A stretch of 32,000 nucleotides of DNA. Source: Crocosphaera chwakensis CCY0110 (GTDB lineage: Bacteria > Cyanobacteriota > Cyanobacteriia > Cyanobacteriales > Microcystaceae). How positions within the stretch are numbered: the stretch's first letter is position 1; each line of letters begins with the position of its first letter. This document shows positions 17,834 to 25,241 of this stretch, piece after piece. Made by a program: the position numbers and the translations under genes. Below the pieces are notes generated by a model. The model had not been told where the DNA came from. It was given only the letters and a program-made list of their open reading frames with translations, and made no database searches. The stretch lies in the NCBI RefSeq assembly GCF_000169335.1, contig NZ_AAXW01000021.1:35175-67174 (forward strand), given 5' to 3'.

Positions 17834-19009
17834 ATGGATATATCTTGCATTCCCACCGGGCTAATCAAAGCCTTAAGCCTAGCTAATAAAGTGATTCCTC
17901 ATAACCCAACCCACCTAATCCTACTCAATGTAATCCTCAAAGCTGAACCCGAAATCCTCAAAGTAGAGGCATTTAATGGGCAGATAGCAATGAGTTGGAC
18001 AGTGAGAGATGCTAATATCAACACCCCTGGCGAAGTGGCGGTAAATTGCAAAGATTTCCTCACCCTACTTAACACGCTTAAAGACGAGGTAGCGATTACA
18101 CTGTCCGCTGACGAAGAATATCTTCACTTGAAAAGTCAACAAGGAAAGGAGGCAAAATTTGCTAAAGGGGATATCGAAGAAATGCCTTGGATTGACTCCC
18201 TGACAGAAGAAGAAATCGAACAAGTCTCCATAGAAGCTGATGATCTAATCCAAGCAGTTGAAGAAACCAAATATGCTGTAGCAACCGAGATGGCCAAGGC
18301 TATTTTATGCGGTGTCTGTCTGAACTTCGATACCGACGAAGAAAACACGGTAGAATTTGCGGCGACGGATGGGCATCGATTAGCTAGAACAAGGGTATTG
18401 TACGAGCCTTCGGAGAATAATCCAGAAAATAAACTCGTCATGCCAACCGAAACCCTTACCTTAACAGCTTACGCGCTGAAACAGATGGAAACGAGTGAAG
18501 AAATTGCAGAGATGGTTACAATCAGCTTTGATGAAAATAAAATTCAAGTGGATTTTTCAGAAGGGTTTATCCGAAGTCGTAAATTAGACGGGAAGTACCC
18601 AGACTACGAAATGTTGATCAACGGTGATGATTTTAGCCTGGACTGTACCTTTAACCGCAAGCAACTCCTTGAGGCTCTGAAGTTCATTGATACGTTCGCA
18701 GTTGGTAAAGATTCCTTATGTTTCATCGATTTCGACCCAGAAGAGAAGAAATGCACCCTTCGCTCAAAGGAAAACACGACGGGGAGTGCCGAAGATACAT
18801 TAGAAGTAGAAGATATCAATGGGCAAGCACAGTCTTTAGGCTTTAACTCTAACTACCTGAAACAGTGCCTCAAAGCGATGCCCGGAGATACTGTAACTAT
18901 GGAAATCACGGAAACAACGGGCGATCAACCAGGTCCAGTGTTCATATCGCCCTTAGAGGAATACAAAACCTTTGGGTTAGTCATGCCAATCCAAATTAAC
19001 GAAAGCTAG
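17834..19009 (+). CDS. dnaN: DNA polymerase III beta sliding clamp homologue (island-encoded)
   Basis: 391 aa. The N-terminus is L.KAL..A.KVIP.....ILLNVILKAE...L.VEAFNGQIAM. The protein also contains ATDGHRLA, GKYPDYEMLI and GFNSNYL..CLKAM, ending ...PVFISP....GLVMPI. This is the diagnostic DnaN pattern. Confidence 0.85.
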   Translation: MDISCIPTGLIKALSLANKVIPHNPTHLILLNVILKAEPEILKVEAFNGQIAMSWTVRDANINTPGEVAVNCKDFLTLLNTLKDEVAITLSADEEYLHLKSQQGKEAKFAKGDIEEMPWIDSLTEEEIEQVSIEADDLIQAVEETKYAVATEMAKAILCGVCLNFDTDEENTVEFAATDGHRLARTRVLYEPSENNPENKLVMPTETLTLTAYALKQMETSEEIAEMVTISFDENKIQVDFSEGFIRSRKLDGKYPDYEMLINGDDFSLDCTFNRKQLLEALKFIDTFAVGKDSLCFIDFDPEEKKCTLRSKENTTGSAEDTLEVEDINGQAQSLGFNSNYLKQCLKAMPGDTVTMEITETTGDQPGPVFISPLEEYKTFGLVMPIQINES

Positions 19010-19018
19010 AAATAATAC

Positions 19019-19040
19019 GCTACTCCTTTGCAGGGGTAGC
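19019..19040 (+). repeat. Hairpin GCTACTCC-N6-GGGGTAGC, homologous to the stem of terminator 19432-19468
   Basis: It lies 10 nt after the dnaN-like stop, with no T-tract. The same stem sequence recurs after the next ORF. Confidence 0.5.
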
Positions 19041-19061
19041 TTCGCCACTCAGGAGAAAAAA

Positions 19062-19412
19062 ATGTTCGACAATTTAAGCGAAAAACAGTGCGACCTGATA
19101 ATATCGGGTATAGTGTCTATTGCCATATTGACATTGATTACTGTAAGCACCATAAAGGCGAATGAACGAGAAAAACGGCTTAAAAATGAATCCTATATGA
19201 TAGATCTGCCAGAAAAAACGTTGCTGATTAACGGACTGCAAAAAGAAGAAATTGATCAGTTAAACAGCGATGCTTTGTTAGGTTTAGGACCGACGGGGAT
19301 AATTATATCATGTGGTTCACAAGAATTCCGATTCGGACGAGCTACAGACTACTATCTCCAAAAAGTTCCATCCAATTATCAGATACCAAACAATGTAATC
19401 GATTGTCGTTGA
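19062..19412 (+). CDS. Hypothetical membrane-anchored protein
   Basis: 116 aa. An AGGAG SD lies about 8 nt upstream, and there is an N-terminal TM helix (IISGIVSIAILTLITVSTI). Confidence 0.55.
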   Translation: MFDNLSEKQCDLIISGIVSIAILTLITVSTIKANEREKRLKNESYMIDLPEKTLLINGLQKEEIDQLNSDALLGLGPTGIIISCGSQEFRFGRATDYYLQKVPSNYQIPNNVIDCR

Positions 19413-19431
19413 TCTTCGTTACATCGAGCGT

Positions 19432-19468
19432 AGCTACTCCTTCGAGGGGTAGCTCTTTTTTTTTCTTT
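19432..19468 (+). terminator. Intrinsic terminator
   Basis: AGCTACTCC-TTCGA-GGGGTAGCT followed by a T9 tract. Confidence 0.7.
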
Positions 19469-19540
19469 TATAATGTTAATGTCTTTTTCACTTAACCCAT
19501 ATAAATTATACATAATCTTATCTATTTCGCTCTCTAGAAA
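19458..19540 (-). pseudogene. Remnant of the C-terminal tail of a restriction-modification methylase-type gene
   Basis: The reverse strand reads FLESEIDKIMYNLYGLSEKDINIIKEKK after an in-frame stop. EID..VY.LYGLSE..I.IIE is the widely conserved C-terminal tail of type I/IIG RM methyltransferase subunits. Confidence 0.5.
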
Positions 19541-19573
19541 TTAAGCAACAGCTTCTACTAAAATATTCATTGC

Positions 19574-19921
19574 TTACTGCTGATAACCTAAAGTAAATAA
19601 GACAATACTTTCCAGTTGATTAATAGTGTTTAAACTTAATTTTCCCAATTTACGGCGTAAACGAGTTTTATCTAAGACTCTTAATTGATGACATAAAGCA
19701 ACTGAATCTTGATTTAAACCCCCTTCATTTTGAGGAATGAATAAACAACTAGGTAAAGAACTTCGTCTTAAATTAGTAGTTAAAGGAATGCTAATAATGG
19801 TTGTTGTAAATTGAGAGATGGTATTCTCTTGAAAGATAATTACTGGACGTATTCCTGCTTGTTCAGATCCTTGTGTGGGGTCAAGAGTAGCGACCCAAAT
19901 TTCTCCTCGTTCAATCTTCAT
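19574..19921 (-). CDS. mazF: MazF/PemK-family endoribonuclease toxin
   Basis: 115 aa. It starts MKIERGEIWVATLDPTQGSEQAGIRPVIIFQ, the PemK signature. It overlaps the upstream antitoxin gene by 4 nt (ATGA). Confidence 0.85.
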   Translation of the reverse strand: MKIERGEIWVATLDPTQGSEQAGIRPVIIFQENTISQFTTTIISIPLTTNLRRSSLPSCLFIPQNEGGLNQDSVALCHQLRVLDKTRLRRKLGKLSLNTINQLESIVLFTLGYQQ

Positions 19922-20151
19922 CGTTGATCTTCTTGGTTTAATAAGTCAGCATATTCATTGATTCCTGCTTCAGCAAGTTGACGGTCTTCTTCAGCAAATT
20001 CTTGATAAAGTTTGGCTATATTATCTATATTCTTTAGAGGTTTAGTTAAATTTTCTCTGAATTTTAGAAAGGTAATGAAATCAGCAACTTGGTTAAGTTG
20101 TTCTTGGTTTAGGTGATTAAGTTGTTGGTTTATTTGTTCTTGAGTAGCCAT
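19918..20151 (-). CDS. Cognate antitoxin (family not assigned)
   Basis: 77-aa acidic protein, translationally coupled to and upstream of the mazF-like gene. Confidence 0.65.
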   Translation of the reverse strand: MATQEQINQQLNHLNQEQLNQVADFITFLKFRENLTKPLKNIDNIAKLYQEFAEEDRQLAEAGINEYADLLNQEDQR

Positions 20152-20185
20152 GATTTTTAGTGAGTGAAATTAAATGAGAGTTAAT

Positions 20186-20326
20186 TTATTTCCGTTGGTT
20201 GGTTTCTTCAATTATAGCAATCTCCTCCTCACTCAACCCATATAATTGATACACTATTTCATCTATTTCTCTCTCTAAGTCCCTAGTATCTGCATTGGGG
20301 TTTTGACGTTTTATTGCTCGTATTTC
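20186..20326 (-). pseudogene. Second remnant of an RM-methylase C-terminal tail
   Basis: The reverse strand reads EIRAIKRQNPNADTRDLEREIDEIVYQLYGLSEEEIAIIEETNQRK*, preceded by an in-frame stop at 20327-20329. The nucleotide stretch 20233-20280 is about 75% identical to 19497-19545. Confidence 0.55.
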
Positions 20327-20352
20327 TTATATTCTAGGGCTTTATAGCTTAT

Positions 20353-20387
20353 CGAGACAAGCAAATGCTCGTCTCTTTCTTTTTTTT
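20353..20387 (+). terminator. Intrinsic-terminator-like hairpin plus T-tract
   Basis: GAGACAAGC-AAAT-GCTCGTCTC followed by TTTCTTTTTTTT. No + strand gene ends directly upstream, so it may be orphaned by the mazEF/RM-remnant insertion. Confidence 0.5.
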
Positions 20388-20393
20388 CGCCAT

Positions 20394-20401
20394 GCTAGCG
20401 C
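20394..20401 (+). promoter_or_regulatory. Island motif GCTAGCGC, copy 3
   Basis: Exact 8-mer, 6 nt after the T-tract and 36 nt before ATG 20438. Confidence 0.6.
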
Positions 20402-20437
20402 ATCTTGACTGAAACTATCAATCAACCTTCAGTTAAT

Positions 20438-20647
20438 ATGCACTTCACTGGCAAAAGTCTTAGCAAAGAACACATCGAATTGGCAGGGATTGACCTGCCT
20501 CATATATCAGATTGTCTTCTCAAAGAAATCCGTTCAGAAATCAGAGCAAAACTAAAACGAGCCTCGATAACCAACGAAGAAGACTTCCAGGAAATTGTCA
20601 CGGCAACGGTAGCAGAAATAATGCCCCTGTGGGTTTACGAGGACTAA
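20438..20647 (+). CDS. Small hypothetical protein
   Basis: The track ORF starts at TTG 20405, only 4 nt after the motif. The internal ATG at 20438 restores the common motif-to-start spacing. 69 aa. Confidence 0.5.
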   Translation: MHFTGKSLSKEHIELAGIDLPHISDCLLKEIRSEIRAKLKRASITNEEDFQEIVTATVAEIMPLWVYED

Positions 20648-20695
20648 GCTCGAAGCTAGCTCGATATTATTGCAGAATTTTACTCAGTAACGCTT

Positions 20696-21136
20696 ATGAG
20701 ATACTTAATACCAACTATCCTCTCTTTTTGGATAGGAGCGATAATAACTCTTCTTATCGGAGTTATTACCAAGGCAATATTTGATTACACCCTTTTATGG
20801 TTCGACTTTATACTCCTTGGTGGCATTTTAGCCTCGACTATGTTAACTGCCTACCTGCTTTACTTCGACAATCCAGTAGCCTCTCAACTCAATGCTGTTA
20901 GTAAAATTATGGTAGATCACGGCTTTAACTACTCAGATTGGTGCAAGGTTGAAAAACAAATAAAAGAACGCAATCTTATCGACGCGATTGTAGCCTTGCC
21001 TCATTCGGATTCATCAAAGCTCCAAAATAATAGGGCGCAAATCACATTGTTATTAAGCCAAAACTATTCAGATTTTCAGTTTACTCTCACTTTTCCAACG
21101 AAAGTGGCTCTTCTTCGATTAAAACGAAAAACCTAG
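20696..21136 (+). CDS. Hypothetical membrane protein (2 predicted TM helices)
   Basis: 146 aa with hydrophobic segments IPTILSFWIGAIITLLIGVI and WFDFILLGGILASTMLTAYLLYF. Confidence 0.55.
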   Translation: MRYLIPTILSFWIGAIITLLIGVITKAIFDYTLLWFDFILLGGILASTMLTAYLLYFDNPVASQLNAVSKIMVDHGFNYSDWCKVEKQIKERNLIDAIVALPHSDSSKLQNNRAQITLLLSQNYSDFQFTLTFPTKVALLRLKRKT

Positions 21137-21147
21137 CCAGTAATATA

Positions 21148-21172
21148 AGCACCTTCACGGTGCTATTTTTTT
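21148..21172 (+). terminator. Intrinsic terminator
   Basis: AGCACC-TTCAC-GGTGCT followed by ATTTTTTT. Confidence 0.7.
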
Positions 21173-21195
21173 GTTAAAGTCAGAATAAAAACTTT

Positions 21196-21771
21196 ATGGA
21201 AAATAGCTTAATTCTAGAAATCAACGAAGAAAACGCCTACGTCAAAATCACAGAAAGTTATTCAGCAGCCTACATCAATGTGAATCGACACACCATACGA
21301 CTGAATCTCTCTACTGCTGATTTTGAAGTAGGGGCTATAGTCAGAAGGGCTGGCCCTAATTCAACAATTATCGGGAGTTCAAAGATCGATTTCTTCTTAG
21401 CAGATAGTGGGGCTTTACTCGTCGGGAATGGCGGCGATAACAATTTGCAAGTAGCGGGGAATGGAGCCGAAAATTGCATCATTCTCGGTGGAACGGGGAA
21501 CGACACCATCAAAGCACTCTCCACAGCAAAAACGACTGTGCCTTCCTGTGTTCTTAGCGGGGGTGAAGGCAGTGATACTTTTTTCGCAGTTGGCATGAAA
21601 ATATTAGTGACAGATTTCGAGAAAGGCGATCGCATTTCCATTGGAGACCCCAATGTACGGCAATTTCTCAACGACCAGGGTTTAATAATCAAGACTGAAC
21701 AAACCGAGGCATTAATTTTAGAACGATTCGAGCCTCTTACTTTTGTGGAAGGAACCTATTTAGGTTTCTAG
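21196..21771 (+). CDS. RTX-like (hemolysin-type calcium-binding repeat) protein, paralogue 1
   Basis: GGxGxDxUx-type nonapeptides: GNGGDNNLQ, GGTGNDTIK and GGEGSDTFF. The C-terminal motif is VTDFEKGDRISIG. Confidence 0.65.
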   Translation: MENSLILEINEENAYVKITESYSAAYINVNRHTIRLNLSTADFEVGAIVRRAGPNSTIIGSSKIDFFLADSGALLVGNGGDNNLQVAGNGAENCIILGGTGNDTIKALSTAKTTVPSCVLSGGEGSDTFFAVGMKILVTDFEKGDRISIGDPNVRQFLNDQGLIIKTEQTEALILERFEPLTFVEGTYLGF

Positions 21772-21779
21772 GTTGTAGG

Positions 21780-21787
21780 GCTAGCGC
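21780..21787 (+). promoter_or_regulatory. Island motif GCTAGCGC, copy 4
   Basis: Exact 8-mer, 8 nt after stop 21771 and 47 nt before ATG 21835. Confidence 0.55.
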
Positions 21788-21834
21788 CATTTATTTTGAG
21801 AGATTCTCTCACACAAAATAACCTACAAAACAGT

Positions 21835-22407
21835 ATGAATTTACAAATTACAAGCCTCAATGAAGGTGTGTTTACCCCAGTTTTAGGTACTTGGGAGACG
21901 ATTGAAGTTGATGCCAGAGGGCTGACGAGCTACTACGAGTTCGGCAACGCCAATGTCGGGGTTCAGACACGCGTTCCTAACGCCGGTCGTTTCTCCTACT
22001 TAGGAGGGAGTAACGCCAGAGACATCTTATCGGGACAAGAGGGTTCGTGGATTCTCGGTCGTGATGGCGATGATGTCCTCACTACTTATTCGGCACCTGA
22101 TGATAGTCCAATTCGTTCTGCCTTATACGGTGGAGATGGCAACGACCAAATGACCGCACTGTTCACCGATGCTGTGTTTACTGGAGGTACTGGCTCAGAC
22201 CAGTTCAGAGTCTTAAACGCCGATGTTGTCATTACTGACTTCGCCGACAACGAAGATAGCCTCTGGGTATTGGGTAGTAACCAAGTATCACAGATTCAAA
22301 CTGATTTCGGGTTAGTCCTGGATAATGGAGCTTCCCAGATTCAACTATTAGGAGTTACCGATTACCTTACTCAAGTACAGAGTGGCGGTAGCAGCGTATT
22401 TGTCTAA
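21835..22407 (+). CDS. RTX-like calcium-binding repeat protein, paralogue 2
   Basis: Repeats GRDGDDVLT, GGDGNDQMT and GGTGSDQFR, plus ITDFADNEDSLWVLG. The track start TTG 21796 is less likely than ATG 21835. Confidence 0.65.
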   Translation: MNLQITSLNEGVFTPVLGTWETIEVDARGLTSYYEFGNANVGVQTRVPNAGRFSYLGGSNARDILSGQEGSWILGRDGDDVLTTYSAPDDSPIRSALYGGDGNDQMTALFTDAVFTGGTGSDQFRVLNADVVITDFADNEDSLWVLGSNQVSQIQTDFGLVLDNGASQIQLLGVTDYLTQVQSGGSSVFV

Positions 22408-22424
22408 GATAGCTTAGCTACCAA

Positions 22425-22460
22425 AGGCTTTTACCTTCTCAGGTAAAAGCCTCTGTCTTT
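22425..22460 (+). terminator. Terminator-like hairpin (weak T-tract)
   Basis: AGGCTTTTACC-TTCTCA-GGTAAAAGCCT followed by CTGTCTTT. Confidence 0.5.
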
Positions 22461-22497
22461 AGAGAATAAACTACAAGTAATTTGAGGAGAAAAAGTC

Positions 22498-22788
22498 ATG
22501 AACACCCAAGGCTGCTTAGTACCTGCTCTATTTATGCTTTTAGGGTTTGGCTGGCTTATTCTAAATGACTTGGCTAAAGATCAAACGGTCTTACTTGTGA
22601 GTATCGAACAGTATCCAGACCAAACCTTCACGCTATCCGAGTATTCTCTAGATCAATTAGAGGAAAAAGGTTCATTAAAGATTAAGTGTGGCAAAACGAT
22701 ATTCAATGTCAAAGCCAACGAGGTATCGAAGATTAAGGGAGACTTTGAACTGACTGAAAACGAAGTAACTTCATGCGATCGCTTTTAG
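22498..22788 (+). CDS. Small hypothetical protein with N-terminal signal/TM segment
   Basis: 96 aa. A GAGGAG SD lies upstream, and the hydrophobic segment is LVPALFMLLGFGWLIL. Confidence 0.55.
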   Translation: MNTQGCLVPALFMLLGFGWLILNDLAKDQTVLLVSIEQYPDQTFTLSEYSLDQLEEKGSLKIKCGKTIFNVKANEVSKIKGDFELTENEVTSCDRF

Positions 22789-22807
22789 AAGTTAAGGAGG
22801 TAATCTT

Positions 22808-23011
22808 ATGCCCCACACCTTATGGCAAAGCCACAACTGGCAAAATGCTTCAATTGAAGCAGTTATCACTGCATTATTCGATGTCCCTGAGTTTATTGAC
22901 CCATGCGATATGGCGAAGATTCAACAATATCACCCTACGGCAATTCGAGAATATCAGAAGATATTTTATCGAGGGGACATTCCTGATTATGCGGCGAAGC
23001 CAAAACAGTAG
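22808..23011 (+). CDS. Small hypothetical protein
   Basis: 67 aa. A strong AAGGAGG SD lies 7 nt upstream of the ATG. Preferred over the overlapping 22773-23090 ORF. Confidence 0.55.
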   Translation: MPHTLWQSHNWQNASIEAVITALFDVPEFIDPCDMAKIQQYHPTAIREYQKIFYRGDIPDYAAKPKQ

Positions 23012-23020
23012 AAGACGAGA

Positions 23021-23050
23021 GGACAGGGTTCTACCTTGTCTTTTTTTCTT
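23021..23050 (+). terminator. Intrinsic terminator
   Basis: GGACAGGG-TTCTA-CCTTGTC followed by a T7 tract. A second small hairpin, GTCTACG-GTT-CGTAGAC, follows at 23051-23067. Confidence 0.65.
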
Positions 23051-23075
23051 GTCTACGGTTCGTAGACACTCTCGT

Positions 23076-23083
23076 GCTAGCGC
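23076..23083 (+). promoter_or_regulatory. Island motif GCTAGCGC, copy 5
   Basis: Exact 8-mer, 44 nt before ATG 23128. Confidence 0.55.
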
Positions 23084-23127
23084 AAATTAATTACGACAAT
23101 TCTTCGTAAAATAATCATGTCATATCA

Positions 23128-23340
23128 ATGGATCAATCGCTTACTTTATTTCGCTGTTTTTTTTCCTGTGTGATAGGAATCTCTATAGTAAAAGATGTGA
23201 CAACAAATCAATTCGGAGACATTGCAGCACACATAGCGATAATTATCTTTGCCTTTTCTTGGTGGGCACTTCACGTCCTGATAACGATTCCACTGTGCCA
23301 AAAACTGATTAGGAAGCATTCTGCTCCTAACGAAAAGTAA
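23128..23340 (+). CDS. Small hydrophobic membrane protein
   Basis: 70 aa with two hydrophobic stretches. Confidence 0.5.
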   Translation: MDQSLTLFRCFFSCVIGISIVKDVTTNQFGDIAAHIAIIIFAFSWWALHVLITIPLCQKLIRKHSAPNEK

Positions 23341-23347
23341 TGCCACA

Positions 23348-23379
23348 AAAGAGATATTATAAAATATCTCTTTTTTTTC
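23348..23379 (+). terminator. Intrinsic terminator
   Basis: AAAGAGATATT-ATAA-AATATCTCTTT running into a T-tract. Confidence 0.75.
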
Positions 23380-23406
23380 TAGCTGCTTCGATAAAATAGG
23401 CGTAAT

Positions 23407-23414
23407 GCTAGCGC
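23407..23414 (+). promoter_or_regulatory. Island motif GCTAGCGC, copy 6
   Basis: Exact 8-mer, 36 nt before ATG 23451. Confidence 0.6.
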
Positions 23415-23450
23415 AATTCCTGATGATTGACCTTTAGGGAGCAAGCATCG

Positions 23451-23813
23451 ATGCCAACAGTTAATCTCAAAAACTTCATCATTATTTCTCTTGCAGATAC
23501 TGCAAGACGAGCCGGATTCGGCGATATGCCGGCTACGACAGATTATCAAAAGAAGAAACAGTCCCTTCAGGAACGTAACATATTAAAACGCTTACTAGAG
23601 ATGGTTAAAAATCGTAAGCCAAGCAAGATAGTTGAGGTAAACGACCTTTATCTATCCCCGCAATTTACCATGTTAATTGCGGATGTTTATAGTCAGATAG
23701 AAGGATACAGCAACGATGTCTATTTCTGTCAGAACCTCGCTGAATGCGAAAACCGACTTTCCTTTAATGGAGACATAGAGGCTCTATATAAACAGGTTCT
23801 AATCCACCTGTAA
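23451..23813 (+). CDS. Hypothetical protein
   Basis: 120 aa from ATG 23451. The track start TTG 23427 lies 12 nt after the motif. A GGGAG SD-like sequence lies 12 nt upstream of the ATG. Confidence 0.5.
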   Translation: MPTVNLKNFIIISLADTARRAGFGDMPATTDYQKKKQSLQERNILKRLLEMVKNRKPSKIVEVNDLYLSPQFTMLIADVYSQIEGYSNDVYFCQNLAECENRLSFNGDIEALYKQVLIHL

Positions 23814-23840
23814 ACCTTACTAGACATGGATTTGCACTAC

Positions 23841-23886
23841 CCGCAGCAACTACTATTTTGGTTATAAATTATAGCCCCTGCTGCGG
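23841..23886 (+). repeat. 46-nt inverted-repeat element, copy A
   Basis: CCGCAGCA-N30-TGCTGCGG, 27 nt after stop 23813. Confidence 0.8.
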
Positions 23887-23949
23887 ATCGATAACTGGTG
23901 TTTTCTACTCTTACATTTATTATAATGTTCTCAAGCATTATTTTGAATT

Positions 23950-24783
23950 ATGAAACTATGGACTATTATTAAACGCTTTTTACATCTAGAACCCTGCAAG
24001 GTTCTAGATGATAAGGAAGATACTTCGTATTTAGCTCTGTACCATCGAGGAGTAACCCTCTTTGAATCAGAAAGCTACAAAGAAGCCCTTGAGATTTTCA
24101 ACACCCTTCTTGAAACTTATCCTAACGAAGAAAGAATCTGGTTTAGCAAAGCCCTTACCCTTTACGAATTAGAAAACTACGAAGAAAGCATACTTGCTTA
24201 CGATGCCTTGCTGAACATCAACCCCATCCACGAAGAAGCATGGAACAACAGGGGATATGCGTTATCTCTTCTAAGACGCTATCGAGAAGCTATCCTATCT
24301 TACAATAAAGCGCTAGAGATTAATCCCAATTGTGACAAGGCTTTATTCAATATGGCATTAGCTTACCATCACTTATCTAATTACCAAAAGGCTGTCAATT
24401 GCTATAGTCGTTATGTTGAGATGATTCCAGATGTAGGAGCAGCTTGGAACAATAGAGGTTATGATCTTCTTCGACTAAAGCGGTATCATGAGGCTATTTT
24501 ATCTTACAACAAAGCCATTGAATTAATACCCAATTCCCATGAACCGTTTCTGAATAAAGCCTTGGCTCTACATTTTCTAGGTAAGCACGAAGAAGCCTTA
24601 CTCTTTTGCGATAAAGGTCTAGCAATATGTCCTAACTACGCCCAAGCTTGGTACAATCGAGGCATCTTTCTACATCATCTGAATCGACATAAAGAAGCTG
24701 TTTTTTCGTACAATAAAGCGTTAGCACTAGAGCCAGAAAACGAAGATGCTCAAATAAACAGAGACATCGACTATACTCTGTAA
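23950..24783 (+). CDS. Tetratricopeptide-repeat (TPR) protein
   Basis: 277 aa. About seven 34-aa repeats show the W..G/A..Y..A...Y..AL...P pattern, for example EAWNNRGYALSLLRRYREAILSYNKALEINPN. Confidence 0.8.
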   Translation: MKLWTIIKRFLHLEPCKVLDDKEDTSYLALYHRGVTLFESESYKEALEIFNTLLETYPNEERIWFSKALTLYELENYEESILAYDALLNINPIHEEAWNNRGYALSLLRRYREAILSYNKALEINPNCDKALFNMALAYHHLSNYQKAVNCYSRYVEMIPDVGAAWNNRGYDLLRLKRYHEAILSYNKAIELIPNSHEPFLNKALALHFLGKHEEALLFCDKGLAICPNYAQAWYNRGIFLHHLNRHKEAVFSYNKALALEPENEDAQINRDIDYTL

Positions 24784-24810
24784 CCATTATCCTATCTGGG
24801 TTTTACCCAC

Positions 24811-24856
24811 CCGCAGCAACTGCTATTTCGGCTATAGTTTACGGACTCTGCTGCGG
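24811..24856 (+). repeat. 46-nt inverted-repeat element, copy B
   Basis: CCGCAGCA-N30-TGCTGCGG, 27 nt after stop 24783. The flanks are homologous to copy A. The variant motif ACTAGCGT follows at 24864-24871. Confidence 0.8.
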
Positions 24857-24900
24857 ATCACCAACTAGCGTTTATTAAGGGGCTGTTTATCATTATAGAA

Positions 24901-25229
24901 ATGCCCCAACAACTTAGCCTATTGCAAGATCCAGAAATCCCAGAAATCATAGACGTCTTATTAAATCGAGAAGACTGCGTTTTGGCCGTCAGCATATCTG
25001 CAGGAAAAGACAGTCAGGCTATGCTTAACTGGCTGGCAGATCAACGAAAACGCCGAGGATGGCGTTGTCAAGTCCTAGCGATTCATGCAGATTAGCTGAC
25101 CTCAATGATTTGACCAATGCGATCGCTTACAATAAAAAGGTCTATGGCGAACTCGTAGAACTTGAAAAAGAGTCGGGCTGGACATTTCAGCAAAACCGAG
25201 CATTAAGGTCACTCACTGATATTAAATAA
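24901..25229 (+). pseudogene. PAPS-reductase-like (PP-loop ATPase) gene with an internal deletion and frameshift
   Basis: The N-terminal 64 aa contain the PP-loop SISAGKDS and end at TAG 25093-25095. A different frame (25098-25229) reads DLNDLTNAIAYNKKVYGELVELEKESGWTFQQNRALRSLTDIK*, which looks like a C-terminal remnant. The central part of the family fold is missing. Confidence 0.55.
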
Positions 25230-25241
25230 GAAGGAACCATA

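Noticed and set aside
18136-21692. Antisense or overlapping ORFs 18136-18441, 18604-18819, 19310-19495, 20512-20784 and 21270-21692
   Set aside because: They are shadow ORFs of dnaN, the 19062 ORF, the 20438/20696 ORFs and the RTX-like gene. No independent support was found.
22773-23090. 105-aa ORF overlapping the 67-aa ORF 22808-23011
   Set aside because: It runs through the terminator and into the GCTAGCGC motif and has no SD. The 67-aa ORF has a strong AAGGAGG RBS.
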